A DNA stretch of 64,000 nt. Source: an uncultured cyanobacterium. Its GTDB lineage: Bacteria; Cyanobacteriota; Cyanobacteriia; Cyanobacteriales; Microcystaceae. The notes beneath the pieces are model-generated. The model made no database searches. It was given only the letters and a program-made list of their open reading frames with translations, and was not told the DNA's origin. The position numbers and the translations under genes were made by a program. Below, piece by piece: positions 37,251 through 49,980 of the stretch. Positions within the stretch are counted from its first letter, which is position 1; each line of letters opens with the position of its first letter. The DNA lies in contig CAWEDJ010000041.1 in NCBI GenBank assembly GCA_963807635.1, forward strand, positions 1 to 64,000, given 5' to 3'.

Positions 37251-39103
37251 TTAGGAGACTGTGGACGTTGAGCGTTTACGACGATAGGTTTTTGTAATCT
37301 CTGGTTCTGCTTTGACGGGTTTGGCAGAAACCGCGATCGCTACGGGACGGATGGAATTATTCGTCGTCACAGAAGGAACGGGACTCGGTAAAGATTGGGA
37401 AAAAGCAGGGGTTTCGGTCTGGAGTAGGAAAACAACCGAAGGACTACTTTGTAACTCGCGTTTAAGTAAGCGTTGGAGAGTTCCTTCCAATTCTTTTTGG
37501 ATGCGTTCCCAGTCCATTTTCGTTTTACCGTTGCTAGATAAAATAAATTCTTTCCAACGTTCTACCGCAAAACGTTCAATATTGCGAACAATCAACTGAT
37601 GAACAAGGGGACGCTCGACGGTCATGACGACCCCTCGGAAATGGACTTCGGGTTGGGCCAGCAATTTGCCGTCATTATTAATCGCCGCCGCCACTGTCAC
37701 CACCCCATCTGCGGCCAACTGTTGCCGTTCTAGCATGATATGTTCATGGACAATCCCCGCTTGATCCACTAACTCAATTCCCGCTTTGACCTTACCGCCG
37801 ATCTGAATCCGTTCCGCAGACACTTCAACAATATCGCCGTTGTCAATGATCACGACATTTTCAGAGGGAATTCCCATTGCCTGGGCCATTTGAGCGTGTT
37901 TAACCAACATACGGTGTTCTCCATGCACAGGCATAAAGAATTTCGGTTTAGTCAAGGCCAACATCAATTTATGCTCTTCCTGAGAGCCGTGACCCGAAAC
38001 ATGAATTCCCTTATCCCGTCCATAGACGACGTGCGCGCCCTGCATCATCAATCGATCAATGGTATTAACAACGGCGATCGTATTGCCTGGAATAGGATTT
38101 GCCGAGAAGATAACCGTATCTCCTTCACGAATCTTGATTTGGGGATGTTCACCCTTAGAAATACGAGTCATCGCAGATAAGGGTTCACCCTGGGAGCCAG
38201 TCGTCAAAATCAAAATCTGATCGTCGGGTAAACTCCGAGAGGCTTTCAAGGGAACGAATACCTCATCGGGACACTTGATATATCCCAATTGTCGAGCGTG
38301 GGCAATCACATTCAACATCGATCGCCCGACAACAGCAACTTTTCGTTTATTCTTGTGGTCAGATTGAGAATGATATTCACCCGATGCACGGAAGACGCAA
38401 AAGTGGTGATCATCAGACGACCTTTCGCCTGGGCAAAAATTCGGTCTAAATTAGGGGCAACGGACTGTTCTGAAGGAGTCGTTCCAGGGATTTCTGCATT
38501 AGTAGAGTCACTCAGCAGACATAAAACCCCTTTTTCACCGTATTCAGCCAGTCGTTGTAAATCAAAATACTCGCCATCGACGGGAGTGTGATCCACTTTA
38601 AAATCGCCACTATGAATAACCACACCCAAGGGAGTATTAATCGCAACACAGAAACTATCTGCCATTGAGTGGGTATTGCGAATAAACTCAACCACAAAAT
38701 TCTTACCCAGACGAACCACTTCTCGCGGTTGGACGGTTTGGAGTTTAGTGCGTTTGAGCATTCCTGCTTCTTCGAGTTTGTCTCCCAAAAGGGCCATCGC
38801 TAAACGAGGGCCATAGATAATAGGAATTTCAAATTGTTTTAAATGATAGGAAATACCGCCGATATGGTCTTCATGACCGTGAGTGACAATCATTCCCTTA
38901 ATTTTGTGACGATTTTCACGCAGATAGGTCATATCTGGCAGAACAATGTTAATACCGTGCATTTCATCGGTAGGAAAGGCAATGCCCGCATCTAAGAGAA
39001 TAATTTCGTCTTCGTATTCAAAGACACAGGTATTTTTTCCAATTTCATGGAGTCCACCGAGGGGAATAATTTTTAGGGTTGGTTTGGCTTCGTTTTTAGT
39101 CAT
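37251..39103 (-). CDS. rnj: ribonuclease J (frameshift ~38358)
   Basis: PLGGLHEIGKN, THGHEDHIG, TGSQGEP, HVSGHG, PVHGE. Confidence 0.94.
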
Positions 39104-39578
39104 TTTCCTCCTAAGGAATAATGTATGGGCTTAATGGGAACTAAAAAGCATTTGTAGATGAAACAATAGAGAACTGCTCACAATGGAGCGGCAGAAATAA
39201 AAATAAAATAATTAAGATAAAACAAATACTAAGAAAACAATGATGAGTTTTCCTTGGAAAAAATAAATGGGTTATGGAGATAATCGCTACATAAAAATCA
39301 TTATGGGTGTCCTTATTTCTAGAGAGAGAAAGTATATCTTACTTAGAAAATCTTGTCTATTTTGATTGAGCAGATGTTATTACACTTAACCCCTTAATCA
39401 AATGCTTGGTGCCTAAAATACATTTCGTGTGAAGACAATATTTAAGAGCAACTCTTTAGAGTATAACACATATTAATTAATTTTAGATAAGAACAGATAA
39501 TTAGGGAAGAATTTTTAAACGCTCACCAATCAACTACTTAAATTGGGAAAATAAATCTTGATTAAAATTAGCATCTAC

Positions 39579-40469
<891 letters not shown>

Positions 40470-40538
40470 AAATTCAATAATAAAGTTTAAAAATTAATCA
40501 ACATCAAAAATTGTCACTAAAACCCTAGCAAAAAGATT

Positions 40539-41582
40539 TTACGCCGAAGCGTTAACCAACGAAGGTCTAAGCAGATTTTTCTGAACTAGCAATTCTGCAA
40601 TTTGAATGGCATTCAGAGCCGCGCCCTTACGAATTTGATCGCCACAGAGCCATAATTCTAACCCACAGGGATGGGAGAGATCTTGACGGATTCTTCCCAC
40701 TAATACTTCATCTTTTCCTGTCGCATCAATAGGCATAGGAAAATAATTAGACTCCCAATCTTCTACCAGTTTTACCCCTCGGGCCTGGGATAAAATTTCT
40801 CGTGCTTGAGAAACCGCAAAAGGACTGTCAAATTCTAGATTAACGGCTTCTGAATGGGCGCGGAGTACGGGAACCCGAACACAGGTCGCCGTCACCCGAA
40901 TGGTTGAATCATTAAAGATTTTACGGGTTTCATTGATCATTTTGAGTTCTTCTTCACAATAACCCGAATCCATTAGGGGGGAATTATGGGGAAAAAGATT
41001 AAACGCCAGAGGATAGGGCAAAATTTCCGCTTTGACAGGCTCTCCCGACAAAATCGCTTTAGTCTGATGCTTCACTTCTTCCATTGCCATCGCTCCTGCT
41101 CCACTAGCCGACTGATAGGTGGCAATTACCATGCGTCGGATCGGTTGAATTTGGTGCAAGGGATACACCGCAACGCCCAATAAAATGGTTGTGCAGTTGG
41201 GATTGGCGATAATGCCGTGATGGTGTTCTGCGGCTTCGGGATTGATTTCTGGGACAACCAACGGAACAGAGTCATCCATGCGAAAGGCACTGGAATTATC
41301 GATCATCACGGCTCCCGATGCGACAATGGTTTTCGCGCAGGCTTTAGAACTCGATCCGCCTGCCGAGGCTAATACAAGATCGATATTCTTGAAAGAATTT
41401 TCGTTAACGGCTTCTACGGTTAAAGATTTTCCTGCAAAAGCGAGTTTTTTACCAGCAGAACGGGGAGAAGCCAATAATTTCAACTGCTCAACAGGGAAAT
41501 TTCGGGTTTCTAAGAGTTCTAAAAGCTCTGTTCCTACGGCTCCCGTCGCGCCGAGAATGGCAACACGTACAGATTTTGACAA
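40539..41582 (-). CDS. asd: aspartate-semialdehyde dehydrogenase
   Basis: GATGAVG, DNSSAFR, NPNCTT, DQIRKGAALN. Confidence 0.97.
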   Translation of the reverse strand: MSKSVRVAILGATGAVGTELLELLETRNFPVEQLKLLASPRSAGKKLAFAGKSLTVEAVNENSFKNIDLVLASAGGSSSKACAKTIVASGAVMIDNSSAFRMDDSVPLVVPEINPEAAEHHHGIIANPNCTTILLGVAVYPLHQIQPIRRMVIATYQSASGAGAMAMEEVKHQTKAILSGEPVKAEILPYPLAFNLFPHNSPLMDSGYCEEELKMINETRKIFNDSTIRVTATCVRVPVLRAHSEAVNLEFDSPFAVSQAREILSQARGVKLVEDWESNYFPMPIDATGKDEVLVGRIRQDLSHPCGLELWLCGDQIRKGAALNAIQIAELLVQKNLLRPSLVNASA

Positions 41583-42178
41583 GTGATACTCCTCCAGAAG
41601 TTAAAAAATCAGATTAGGAACGTAAAATTTAATAATTTTAATGAGTAAGGGGGGAAAAGATTATCCCGAAGGAAAATTTTCTTTAGGTATTTATTTTATT
41701 TATGATAAATAGAAAGAACTAGCCTGATAAGGTCAAGTCGCTATTGGTTTTAATCTTTGATTATAGATGATTAAGTTGTTTTTTATCGGGAAAAAATCCT
41801 CAGCAATTCATCTTACACTATGATGCTTTCTATTCCTTAACGGGCAAAGATTATTTTTCTCAACTCATTGACGACTTCCTTGGCAAATATTGTCTTGAAA
41901 TAGTCTAAAAAAAGAAAAATAGAATAAAAATGGCTAAGATGACTTTTTTTAGCCGCGCAACAACTCTAGCAGAAACTTAAATTTTCTGACCTCAAATGAA
42001 CTATGATCACAAAAGGTCGATTGTGCAGAACTGTACCCACCCAAGACTTTGTTCGGTGGAGTCGGTAGGCGATCGCCCTCTAAGCATACCATGTTAGTCG
42101 GCTCCCGTCAGCAACTATTCTGGTAGAAGAGTTCAAAATGTCTTAGATGTTCAACGTTAGTAATCAAATTAGGTATCA

Positions 42179-43594
42179 ATGAAAGTCACCCAGGAAAAAC
42201 TCCCTGATAGTCAAATTGGTTTAGAAATTGAGATTCCAGCAGAAATTTCTCAAAAAATCTACAATACCACCCTACAAAGCTTTGCTCGCACTGCCAACAT
42301 TCCTGGGTTCCGTAAGGGAAAGGTTCCTCGTCCAGTTTTATTACAACGGTTGGGTTCCAATCTCAATGCCGCGACCCTAGAAGATTCCATCAAATCGACC
42401 CTTGGGGATGCGATAGAACAAGAGAAAATCGATTCTCTGGGAAGTTATCGACTCAAATCTTCCTTTGAAGAACTATTACAGAACTTTGTCCCTGGTCAAC
42501 CCTTCACTTTTTCAGCGATTATCGAAGTCCCACCGACGATTGAAGTAGGCGACTATGGCGCGTTAACGATCCAAGCAGAAGAAGTTCCCTACAATCCCGA
42601 AGAAGTTGAAGAATGGTTCAAGGAACAGCAGGGAAAACAAGCAACGTTGATTCCTGTGGAAGAGCGTGCCGCCGATTGGGGAGATGTGGCCATTATTGAC
42701 TACCAAGCCTACGAAGTCTCAGCAGAAGGGGAAACGGGGGAAGCGATCGCAGAAATGGTAGATAGCGATTTTAAGGTGGATCTAGAAAAGGGCAATTTAG
42801 TGGAAGGAATGGTTGAAGGTATTGTCGGCATGAAACCCGAAGAAACCAAGGCCGTGACGGTCACCTTTCCCCAGGACTATCCTCTAGAACAGGTGGCGGG
42901 GCAACCCGTGCGTTTTGACATTACCCTCAAGGAACTCAAAACCAAAGAATTACCTGAATTAGATGATGATTTCGCTGATGAAGTGAGTGAATACGAAACC
43001 TTGGAGGAATTGCGGGCTTCTTTAGAGGAGAATTATCGTAAAAAGGCAGCCGATAGCACGGAAAACAACATTAATACGGCGATTATCAACGAATTAGTTA
43101 AAATTTCTGAGGTTGATCTGCCCGATTCCCTCGTACAGGAAGAAATTACCCAGGTTTTAACCGAAACCCTGAGCCGATTAGAGCAAATGGGCCTCGACCC
43201 CCGCTCTATTTTTACGGCTGAACTGGTTCCCAAACTTCGGGAAAATGCTCGCCCAGAAGCAGTCCAACGCCTACAACAAATTCTTATTATCAAGAAAATT
43301 GCTCAAACTGAGTCCATTGAACCAGAGGCTAGTGAAATTCGGGAAAGGGTGAACACAATTAAGGCTCGTTTTGCGAATGAATCCCTCGATCTGGAAAAAT
43401 TGAAGGCGATCGTTACCGAAGAAATCATCGCAGAAAAAACGATGGCTGTGTTGCGGGAAAAAGTAACGGTGGAACTCGTTCCCCTGGGAACCCTCACCCC
43501 GCCCGAAGAAGATGACGAAGATGAAAACACCATTGAAGCCGAAGTAGTGGAATCCTCTGAAGCTGAAGTCGTGGAAACCCCTAATGAAGCTTAG
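42179..43594 (+). CDS. tig: trigger factor
   Basis: IPGFRKGKVP; lies upstream of clpP-clpX. Confidence 0.96.
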   Translation: MKVTQEKLPDSQIGLEIEIPAEISQKIYNTTLQSFARTANIPGFRKGKVPRPVLLQRLGSNLNAATLEDSIKSTLGDAIEQEKIDSLGSYRLKSSFEELLQNFVPGQPFTFSAIIEVPPTIEVGDYGALTIQAEEVPYNPEEVEEWFKEQQGKQATLIPVEERAADWGDVAIIDYQAYEVSAEGETGEAIAEMVDSDFKVDLEKGNLVEGMVEGIVGMKPEETKAVTVTFPQDYPLEQVAGQPVRFDITLKELKTKELPELDDDFADEVSEYETLEELRASLEENYRKKAADSTENNINTAIINELVKISEVDLPDSLVQEEITQVLTETLSRLEQMGLDPRSIFTAELVPKLRENARPEAVQRLQQILIIKKIAQTESIEPEASEIRERVNTIKARFANESLDLEKLKAIVTEEIIAEKTMAVLREKVTVELVPLGTLTPPEEDDEDENTIEAEVVESSEAEVVETPNEA

Positions 43595-43731
43595 TTTTCT
43601 CTGATCTTGACTCTGCCCCATTCCCGTCTAATTGCGTCATAATGGGGTGGAGTATGTGAAAATGTTTTTAAAATTTGGGTATTCTCTGAGAAGGCGACCC
43701 AAATCCAACTAAATTTAATGATCTTTTTCCT

Positions 43732-44409
43732 ATGGTTCAATCGCGATCACCAAATTATGCCCTAGAGAGCTATCGTGGCTCTGATATCCAAAACGTCGTC
43801 CCGATGGTGGTCGAGCAATCTGGAGTAGGGGAGCGGGCCTTTGATATCTACTCTCGCCTGTTGCGGGAAAGAATCATCTTTTTGGGAACTCCCGTCGATG
43901 ACCAAGTGGCAGATTCTATTGTTGCCCAATTGCTTTTTCTGGATGCGGAAGACCCTGAAAAGGATATCCAACTTTATATCAATTCCCCTGGTGGTTCGGT
44001 GTATGCAGGACTTGCAATCTACGATACCATGCAACAAATTCGTCCCGATGTCGTCACGATTTGTTTTGGATTGGCCGCGAGTATGGGGGCATTTCTCCTG
44101 ACTGCGGGGGCGCACGGTAAACGGATGGCTCTTCCCAGTTCCCGAATCATGATCCACCAACCCTTGGGGGGTGCCCAGGGGCAAGCAGTGGAAATCGAGA
44201 TTCAAGCCAGGGAAATTCTTTATATTAAAGAGCGTTTGAATACCATGTTAGCCGAGCATACGGGTCGTCCCTTTGATCAGATTGCGGCTGATACGGAACG
44301 GGATTTCTTTATGTCTGCCCAAGAAGCCCAAGAATACGGACTGATTGACCGTGTTATTATTCGCCCAAACCTGCCTGATCCTACTGTTCCTGTCACCTCG
44401 TTGAGCTAG
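43732..44409 (+). CDS. clpP: Clp protease proteolytic subunit
   Basis: [25 protein letters not shown]. Confidence 0.97.
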   Translation: MVQSRSPNYALESYRGSDIQNVVPMVVEQSGVGERAFDIYSRLLRERIIFLGTPVDDQVADSIVAQLLFLDAEDPEKDIQLYINSPGGSVYAGLAIYDTMQQIRPDVVTICFGLAASMGAFLLTAGAHGKRMALPSSRIMIHQPLGGAQGQAVEIEIQAREILYIKERLNTMLAEHTGRPFDQIAADTERDFFMSAQEAQEYGLIDRVIIRPNLPDPTVPVTSLS

Positions 44410-44413
44410 TGCT

Positions 44414-45751
44414 ATGTCTAAATACGACTCCCACCTAAAATGTTCGTTTTGTGGTAAATCCCAGGAACAAGTGCGAAAGTTGATCGCAGGGCCAGGAGTC
44501 TATATTTGCGACGAATGCGTAGAGCTATGCAACGAAATTTTAGATGAAGAATTATTAGAGGCTCCCCCTGCGGCCGCTTCTTCTCGTTCTTCCGAAAATT
44601 CAAAACGTCGTTCCCAGGGCGATCGCCTTTCCCTCGGACAGCTCCCCAAACCGACGGAAATCAAAAAGCATTTAGATGATTATGTGATAGGCCAAGATGA
44701 CGCAAAAAAAGTTCTTTCCGTCGCGGTTTACAATCATTACAAACGATTAAGTCTCGTTCAAGACAATAAGGAAGAAGCGGACGAAGATGCCATTGAACTC
44801 CAAAAATCTAATATTCTGTTAGTCGGCCCAACAGGATCGGGAAAAACCCTTTTAGCCCAGACCCTCGCTAAAATTTTGGATGTGCCTTTTGCAGTCGCCG
44901 ATGCCACGACCCTCACGGAAGCAGGTTATGTGGGGGAAGATGTGGAAAATATTCTCCTGCGTTTATTGCAAGTCGCCGATCTAGACGTAGAAGAAGCCCA
45001 ACGGGGAATTATCTATATTGATGAAATTGATAAAATTGCGCGTAAAAGTGAAAATCCATCGATTACCCGCGATGTTTCAGGAGAAGGCGTACAGCAAGCT
45101 CTTTTAAAAATGTTGGAAGGAACAACGGCAAATGTGCCTCCCCAGGGCGGACGGAAACATCCTTATCAGGATTGCATTCAAATTGATACCAGTAATATTC
45201 TCTTTATCTGTGGCGGAGCGTTTGTCGGACTAGAAAAAGTCGTGGATCAACGTCTGGGTAAAAAATCGATGGGATTTGTGCGTCCCGTTGGTGGGGATAC
45301 GGCTCCTAGTAAGGAAAAACGGGCGGCGGAACTCGTTCGTCAGGTAGAACCCGATGATTTGGTGAAATTTGGCATGATTCCTGAGTTTGTCGGTCGGATT
45401 CCTGTTATGGCTTCCCTCGATCCTCTGGATGAAGATACTTTAGTGGCGATTTTGACCCAACCTCGTAATGCCCTGGTGAAGCAGTATCAAAAACTGTTGG
45501 GGATGGACGATGTGATCTTAGATTTTAAACCCGATGCCATCAGCGCGATCGCCAAGGAAGCCTATCGACGGAAAACAGGGGCTAGGGCTTTACGGGGAAT
45601 TGTGGAAGAGTTGATGTTAGAGGTGATGTACGAGCTACCGTCACGGGCTGATGTTCAACGTTGTACGATTACCCGTGAAATGGTTGAAAAACGCTCTACG
45701 GCTGAGTTGTTAATTCATCCCTCATCATTGCCGAAACCTGAATCCGCTTAG
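44414..45751 (+). CDS. clpX: Clp protease ATPase subunit
   Basis: CSFCGK zinc finger, [21 protein letters not shown]. Confidence 0.98.
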   Translation: MSKYDSHLKCSFCGKSQEQVRKLIAGPGVYICDECVELCNEILDEELLEAPPAAASSRSSENSKRRSQGDRLSLGQLPKPTEIKKHLDDYVIGQDDAKKVLSVAVYNHYKRLSLVQDNKEEADEDAIELQKSNILLVGPTGSGKTLLAQTLAKILDVPFAVADATTLTEAGYVGEDVENILLRLLQVADLDVEEAQRGIIYIDEIDKIARKSENPSITRDVSGEGVQQALLKMLEGTTANVPPQGGRKHPYQDCIQIDTSNILFICGGAFVGLEKVVDQRLGKKSMGFVRPVGGDTAPSKEKRAAELVRQVEPDDLVKFGMIPEFVGRIPVMASLDPLDEDTLVAILTQPRNALVKQYQKLLGMDDVILDFKPDAISAIAKEAYRRKTGARALRGIVEELMLEVMYELPSRADVQRCTITREMVEKRSTAELLIHPSSLPKPESA

Positions 45752-46055
45752 GTTAATTGGAAGTTAGACACTAACCAACTACAAAATATTTAAGTATTGA
45801 TTATTGCAATAAATTCGCAAAATACCACAGAAATTATTAATCATTTTAATCAAATTAAATTCGGTAGCTATAATTGCTTATAATACCAATTATTTAATGT
45901 TTACTTTTTTCCTAAAAACTTAATTTTTTACTTCATTTTCTTCAATTCAAACATGACAGAGGTTTGTTCCACAGACTATCAGCAGAAACTATCCTTCAAT
46001 TCACCTCACCATATGGGATCTCAGATTTTTCTATTTTTTTGTTGAACAATTTAGG

Positions 46056-46139
46056 TTAGATTACTTAGAGGAAGCGTTGTTAGATTTTACAGATCTTATG
46101 GAACTAGATATTTGGTTACAATCTTGTATTGCAGAATAG
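46056..46139 (+). pseudogene. DUF4351-like C-terminal remnant
   Basis: Translates LDYLEEALLDFTDLMELDIWL..., like the L..L.EALLDF....DL..WL motif; no intact start. Confidence 0.45.
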
Positions 46140-46270
46140 AGAGATCGCTCTTTTAAGTTAATTGGTATTAGAATATAGGCTTCCTTGCTCAATTCTGTCA
46201 TTTATTGATTTTATAGGTTTCAAAGTTAATAAAATCGGTACTATTTTCTCATGAGATAAACTTATACAAT

Positions 46271-47008
46271 TTATTTAATATTATCAGACTTAACTTTTTC
46301 ACAAAAAACAATAAATTCTTGAAAGCTAAGTAAGTGATCCGTATTCGTTTGAATCCTAGCTAATAACTGTTGAAGATAAAATTCTTCTTGTACTTCTTTG
46401 GGTCTGGCTTTAAAGTATGATAAGTCACGCTCTTTGAAAATTTCCCTAAGATAACTTTCATGGAATAAGGCTTTTGTCTTGTATCCAAAAATTTCTTTCC
46501 CGTTATCTTTATCTTGTACAAATTCAGCCGCTAAATCTTCAGGATTCTTTTGACTGACATCAAAATATTGAACATATTCTTTCAAGAGTTCATTTTTCTG
46601 TGGATGTCTGACAAAAAAATTTCTGTTTCCTAAAAACCAAGTTTCAATACAGACTTTTTGTACAATAATCTCAAGTTTACAATTTTGAGGTAGAAATTGA
46701 AAAGGTTTATCGTTTAATTCGAGCTTAATTTTCTCCATCGCTTCTACTTTTTTTTCTTCGACAGTAAAACGATCTGCATCTGTTAGCAATACTAGATAAT
46801 CATATTTGGGTACTTCATTAATGTCTTGAATTGCATTAGCACAAACTCTATAGCAACTAGGAACGCCCACATCACTCTCGTAATAGTAATTATTATGGTT
46901 GACAGAATCAAAGCTATCTACTTCGGTTAATTGAGGTAAGAGTACAGATAACCATTTTTTATAGACAATTGGCTCTGTTTTTCCTTCAAATACAAAATAA
47001 AAATTCAT
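46271..47008 (-). CDS. TOPRIM-like protein (OLD/DUF4276-like)
   Basis: FVFEGKTE, LLTDAD (DxD) and CIETWFL. Confidence 0.7.
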   Translation of the reverse strand: MNFYFVFEGKTEPIVYKKWLSVLLPQLTEVDSFDSVNHNNYYYESDVGVPSCYRVCANAIQDINEVPKYDYLVLLTDADRFTVEEKKVEAMEKIKLELNDKPFQFLPQNCKLEIIVQKVCIETWFLGNRNFFVRHPQKNELLKEYVQYFDVSQKNPEDLAAEFVQDKDNGKEIFGYKTKALFHESYLREIFKERDLSYFKARPKEVQEEFYLQQLLARIQTNTDHLLSFQEFIVFCEKVKSDNIK

Positions 47009-47009
47009 C

Positions 47010-48140
47010 TTAGGCTTGTTTTTCTAAAATTTTAGTTAACTGAATAAATGCGTCTTGTTTGGATCTGCCTAATTTATACTCTGATGTATCACGGATGCTA
47101 ATATGTCCACCTTGTCGCGTAACAATTTTCCAATATTCATAGGGTATATTATTAATGATATAAGGATGATGGCTGGTCGCAATAAATTGCAAGGTCTTGT
47201 TTTCATGAATTAGATCCTCCGTTAAAATGTCTATGCAGTTAATCCCTAAGCTATTTTCAAACTCATCAATTAAGATAACTGTACCTTCGCTAGAAAGAAA
47301 AATTTCGCTAAGGTGAATAAGTGTCCGCATCATCCCTGAAGAGACTCTATCTTCTCTAATCCATTTAGAGACAGATTCTTCTTTTATATAAATAGCAGGA
47401 ATAGCTTCAGCCCATTTTGCAGGGATACCATTCATTTCAAGAGGTGCAGATTTAATATCTTTAACTTGTTGAAAAACATCAATAAACTTTGACTTGATTT
47501 TCTCAAAAATATCCAATTTATTTTCATAAATTAAGTATAATTTAGTTTTAACATCTTCATCGCTATTAATAATATTTTCTAACGTTGTATATTTATTTTT
47601 AAGAAGATGTAAAGGTAAAGATTTTTCCGATATGCTAAAGGAAGAGCCATTTCTTGTATGGTCACGATATTCTATTTTATTGAGAGCATTAAAAATTTCT
47701 GTGATAGCACTTTCTTCCCTTAAAAGATAAATCATAGATTGATGAGATGAAAGTTTGGGTATAGTTTTTCCTTGATATTGATTTAATTCTTCATTTCGCT
47801 CGACTAAAACCGTGTCTTTTGACGTTATTTTTTCATAAAGTAATGGTGATTTTACTGGTTCATCTTCATCTTCAATATACAGACCATCTACGTCAACGGT
47901 ATCAAAACTACCTTCCCAAATAAATTCAGTATTATTTATAGTAGAAAATCTTATTTTCCACTCCAATCCATTAATTGTCTTCCCATTAGCAATACGACTT
48001 AAATCAATAATTCCTCTTAAAATTTGAGTTTTCCCTGCACCAGAAACGCCCACTAAAAGAGTTAGGTTTGATGAAAAATCGACTTCATCAAAATCCCATC
48101 CTAAAAAGTTATTCTTTAATTTAAGTGAAAGAATTTTCAT
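47010..48140 (-). CDS. ABC/AAA_21-type ATPase
   Basis: Walker A GVSGAGKT, signature VSSGM, Walker B LIDEFENSL, H-loop TSHHP. Confidence 0.88.
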   Translation of the reverse strand: MKILSLKLKNNFLGWDFDEVDFSSNLTLLVGVSGAGKTQILRGIIDLSRIANGKTINGLEWKIRFSTINNTEFIWEGSFDTVDVDGLYIEDEDEPVKSPLLYEKITSKDTVLVERNEELNQYQGKTIPKLSSHQSMIYLLREESAITEIFNALNKIEYRDHTRNGSSFSISEKSLPLHLLKNKYTTLENIINSDEDVKTKLYLIYENKLDIFEKIKSKFIDVFQQVKDIKSAPLEMNGIPAKWAEAIPAIYIKEESVSKWIREDRVSSGMMRTLIHLSEIFLSSEGTVILIDEFENSLGINCIDILTEDLIHENKTLQFIATSHHPYIINNIPYEYWKIVTRQGGHISIRDTSEYKLGRSKQDAFIQLTKILEKQA

Positions 48141-48288
48141 GATTTAAAACTTCAGAAAATATAAACTAACAATAAACACAGTCACCAGTTATAAACTTTA
48201 TCTTAGCAGAAAGAAGAGAAGCCGATCACATTCACCTTATTTCACAATATAAAACGATCACGTTTCAAATTGATGATCTATAATTTTC

Positions 48289-48723
48289 CTAATTTTCCTG
48301 ACAATATTGATTCGTCTGAGTAATAATATTCTGTTCTTTTTTACCGATTTGTTGCACTTGATCCTGCGCTAATTTAGCTGTCGGAATATCTTTTGTTTCT
48401 AACGCTTTGACAAAACTACGAGTTGTTTCTGCATTTCCTTGATAAATCTCTGCTAGACCTTGCTGATATTCCGTTAATTTAGGATCTTTTAGCTCTATTT
48501 TTTTAAGTTCTTCCGAAGATTTTTCAAAGGAATCGGCTACTTCTAATACCGTTTTAATATCTTTGGTTTCTCGATTTTTGGCACTTTCTTCCGCCATTTT
48601 TTTGGTGATTAAAAAGATCTTTTGGCATTGAGCCGTTTTCGTTTCAGCACAACTCCCTAATAAAACCGCGATCGCGGGAATGAGACAGAAGAAAGAGATG
48701 TATCGTTTGTGTTGACTATTCAT
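48289..48723 (-). CDS. hypothetical helical lipoprotein
   Basis: Lipobox LGSC after a hydrophobic stretch. Confidence 0.75.
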   Translation of the reverse strand: MNSQHKRYISFFCLIPAIAVLLGSCAETKTAQCQKIFLITKKMAEESAKNRETKDIKTVLEVADSFEKSSEELKKIELKDPKLTEYQQGLAEIYQGNAETTRSFVKALETKDIPTAKLAQDQVQQIGKKEQNIITQTNQYCQEN

Positions 48724-48738
48724 ACTACTGATAAATTT

Positions 48739-49822
48739 TTATTTGAGATTACTATTCTTTTTCTGATTGGGTAAACGCAAATCAGGCGTATTTCTAGGGG
48801 ATAAAATTTGATTTAAGGCCCGTAATTGCTCAACGGTTCCCAAACAAATCAAAGAATCTCCCTCCAATAAAAGCGTATCTCCCATCGGCCCGACAATTAA
48901 GTTTCGGTCTGCCCTGCGAATGGCCAAAACCAATGCCCCTGACTGTGATCGCAATCTGGCTTCACTCAGGGTTTGACCAATATGATTGCAGGTTTCGGCT
49001 TCGATGCGGAATTCTTCCATATAAAAAGAGCGATCAGCTCCCGTTAAAATGCCATCCACGAAATCCACCACTTGAGGGCCTAAGGGCGGCGGCGGCCAAA
49101 CGTTTTCCCCCCGTAATGTAGGGAGAAACCACTTCATCAGCTCCTGCCCGTTGTAATTTTTTGACCGCTTCTTCCGTACTAGCTCTGGCGATCGCGCGAA
49201 TTTGAGGATTAAGGGTTTTCGCAGACAGAACCGTATAGAGATTTTCCGCATCCGAGGTGAGAGCTGCCACAATACAAACCGCCTGGTCAATTTTCGCCGT
49301 TAAGAGAGATTCGTCCAGAGTCGCATCTCCCACAATCACTTGATAGCCTAGATTTTTTGCCCTTTCTACCTGACCTGCATCGGAATCAATAATCACAAAA
49401 TTAATGCTTTCTGTTTGAAATTCTGCCGCAATTTGGCATCCCGTCCGCCCAAAACCGCAGAGAATATAATGATTGGTTAATTTTTCTAACACTCGCTGAT
49501 CCTGCCTTTGTTGAATACTCTCTTGAAAATATCCCTGAATAAACGCTTCTGTAAAGCGATTGACCATATAACCAATCGTCACTACCCCCATAAAAATTAA
49601 GACAATGGTAAATAGACGAGATCTAGCATCTAGGGGATGAATTTCCCCAAAACCGACCGTTGCCAAGGTACTGGTTGTCATGTAAGCCGAATCCACCCAA
49701 GACCATTTTTCTACAAAACGAAACCAGAAGGTTCCGAGAACAAATACCCCGATAAAGGCAATGATTCCTCCCAAAAACTCTTGATGAAAACGACGAATTT
49801 GCTGGTCTCTGGTATTTAGCAT
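48739..49822 (-). CDS. potassium channel with TrkA-N/TrkA-C domains (frameshift ~49078)
   Basis: TLATVGFGE pore, GFGRTG Rossmann motif, C-terminal GALVLAIRR. Confidence 0.9.
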
Positions 49823-49980
49823 CAGTATTAATGTCTTGGTCTCATGAAAATTCGTTCCGAAAGGGTATGACTCGCTTTAAAATCACAGTATAGTTTTTAG
49901 ATCGAAATGAACAACTTTTTTCCTAAATTTTGGATACAATTTTCCAAAATCTATACCACAACTTCAATTAGGAGTTAATT

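Noticed and set aside
39104..39578. Long AT-rich dapA-rnj spacer as a possible ncRNA or riboswitch
   Set aside because: No recognisable motif, stable structure or ORF by eye; a weak sRNA cannot be excluded.
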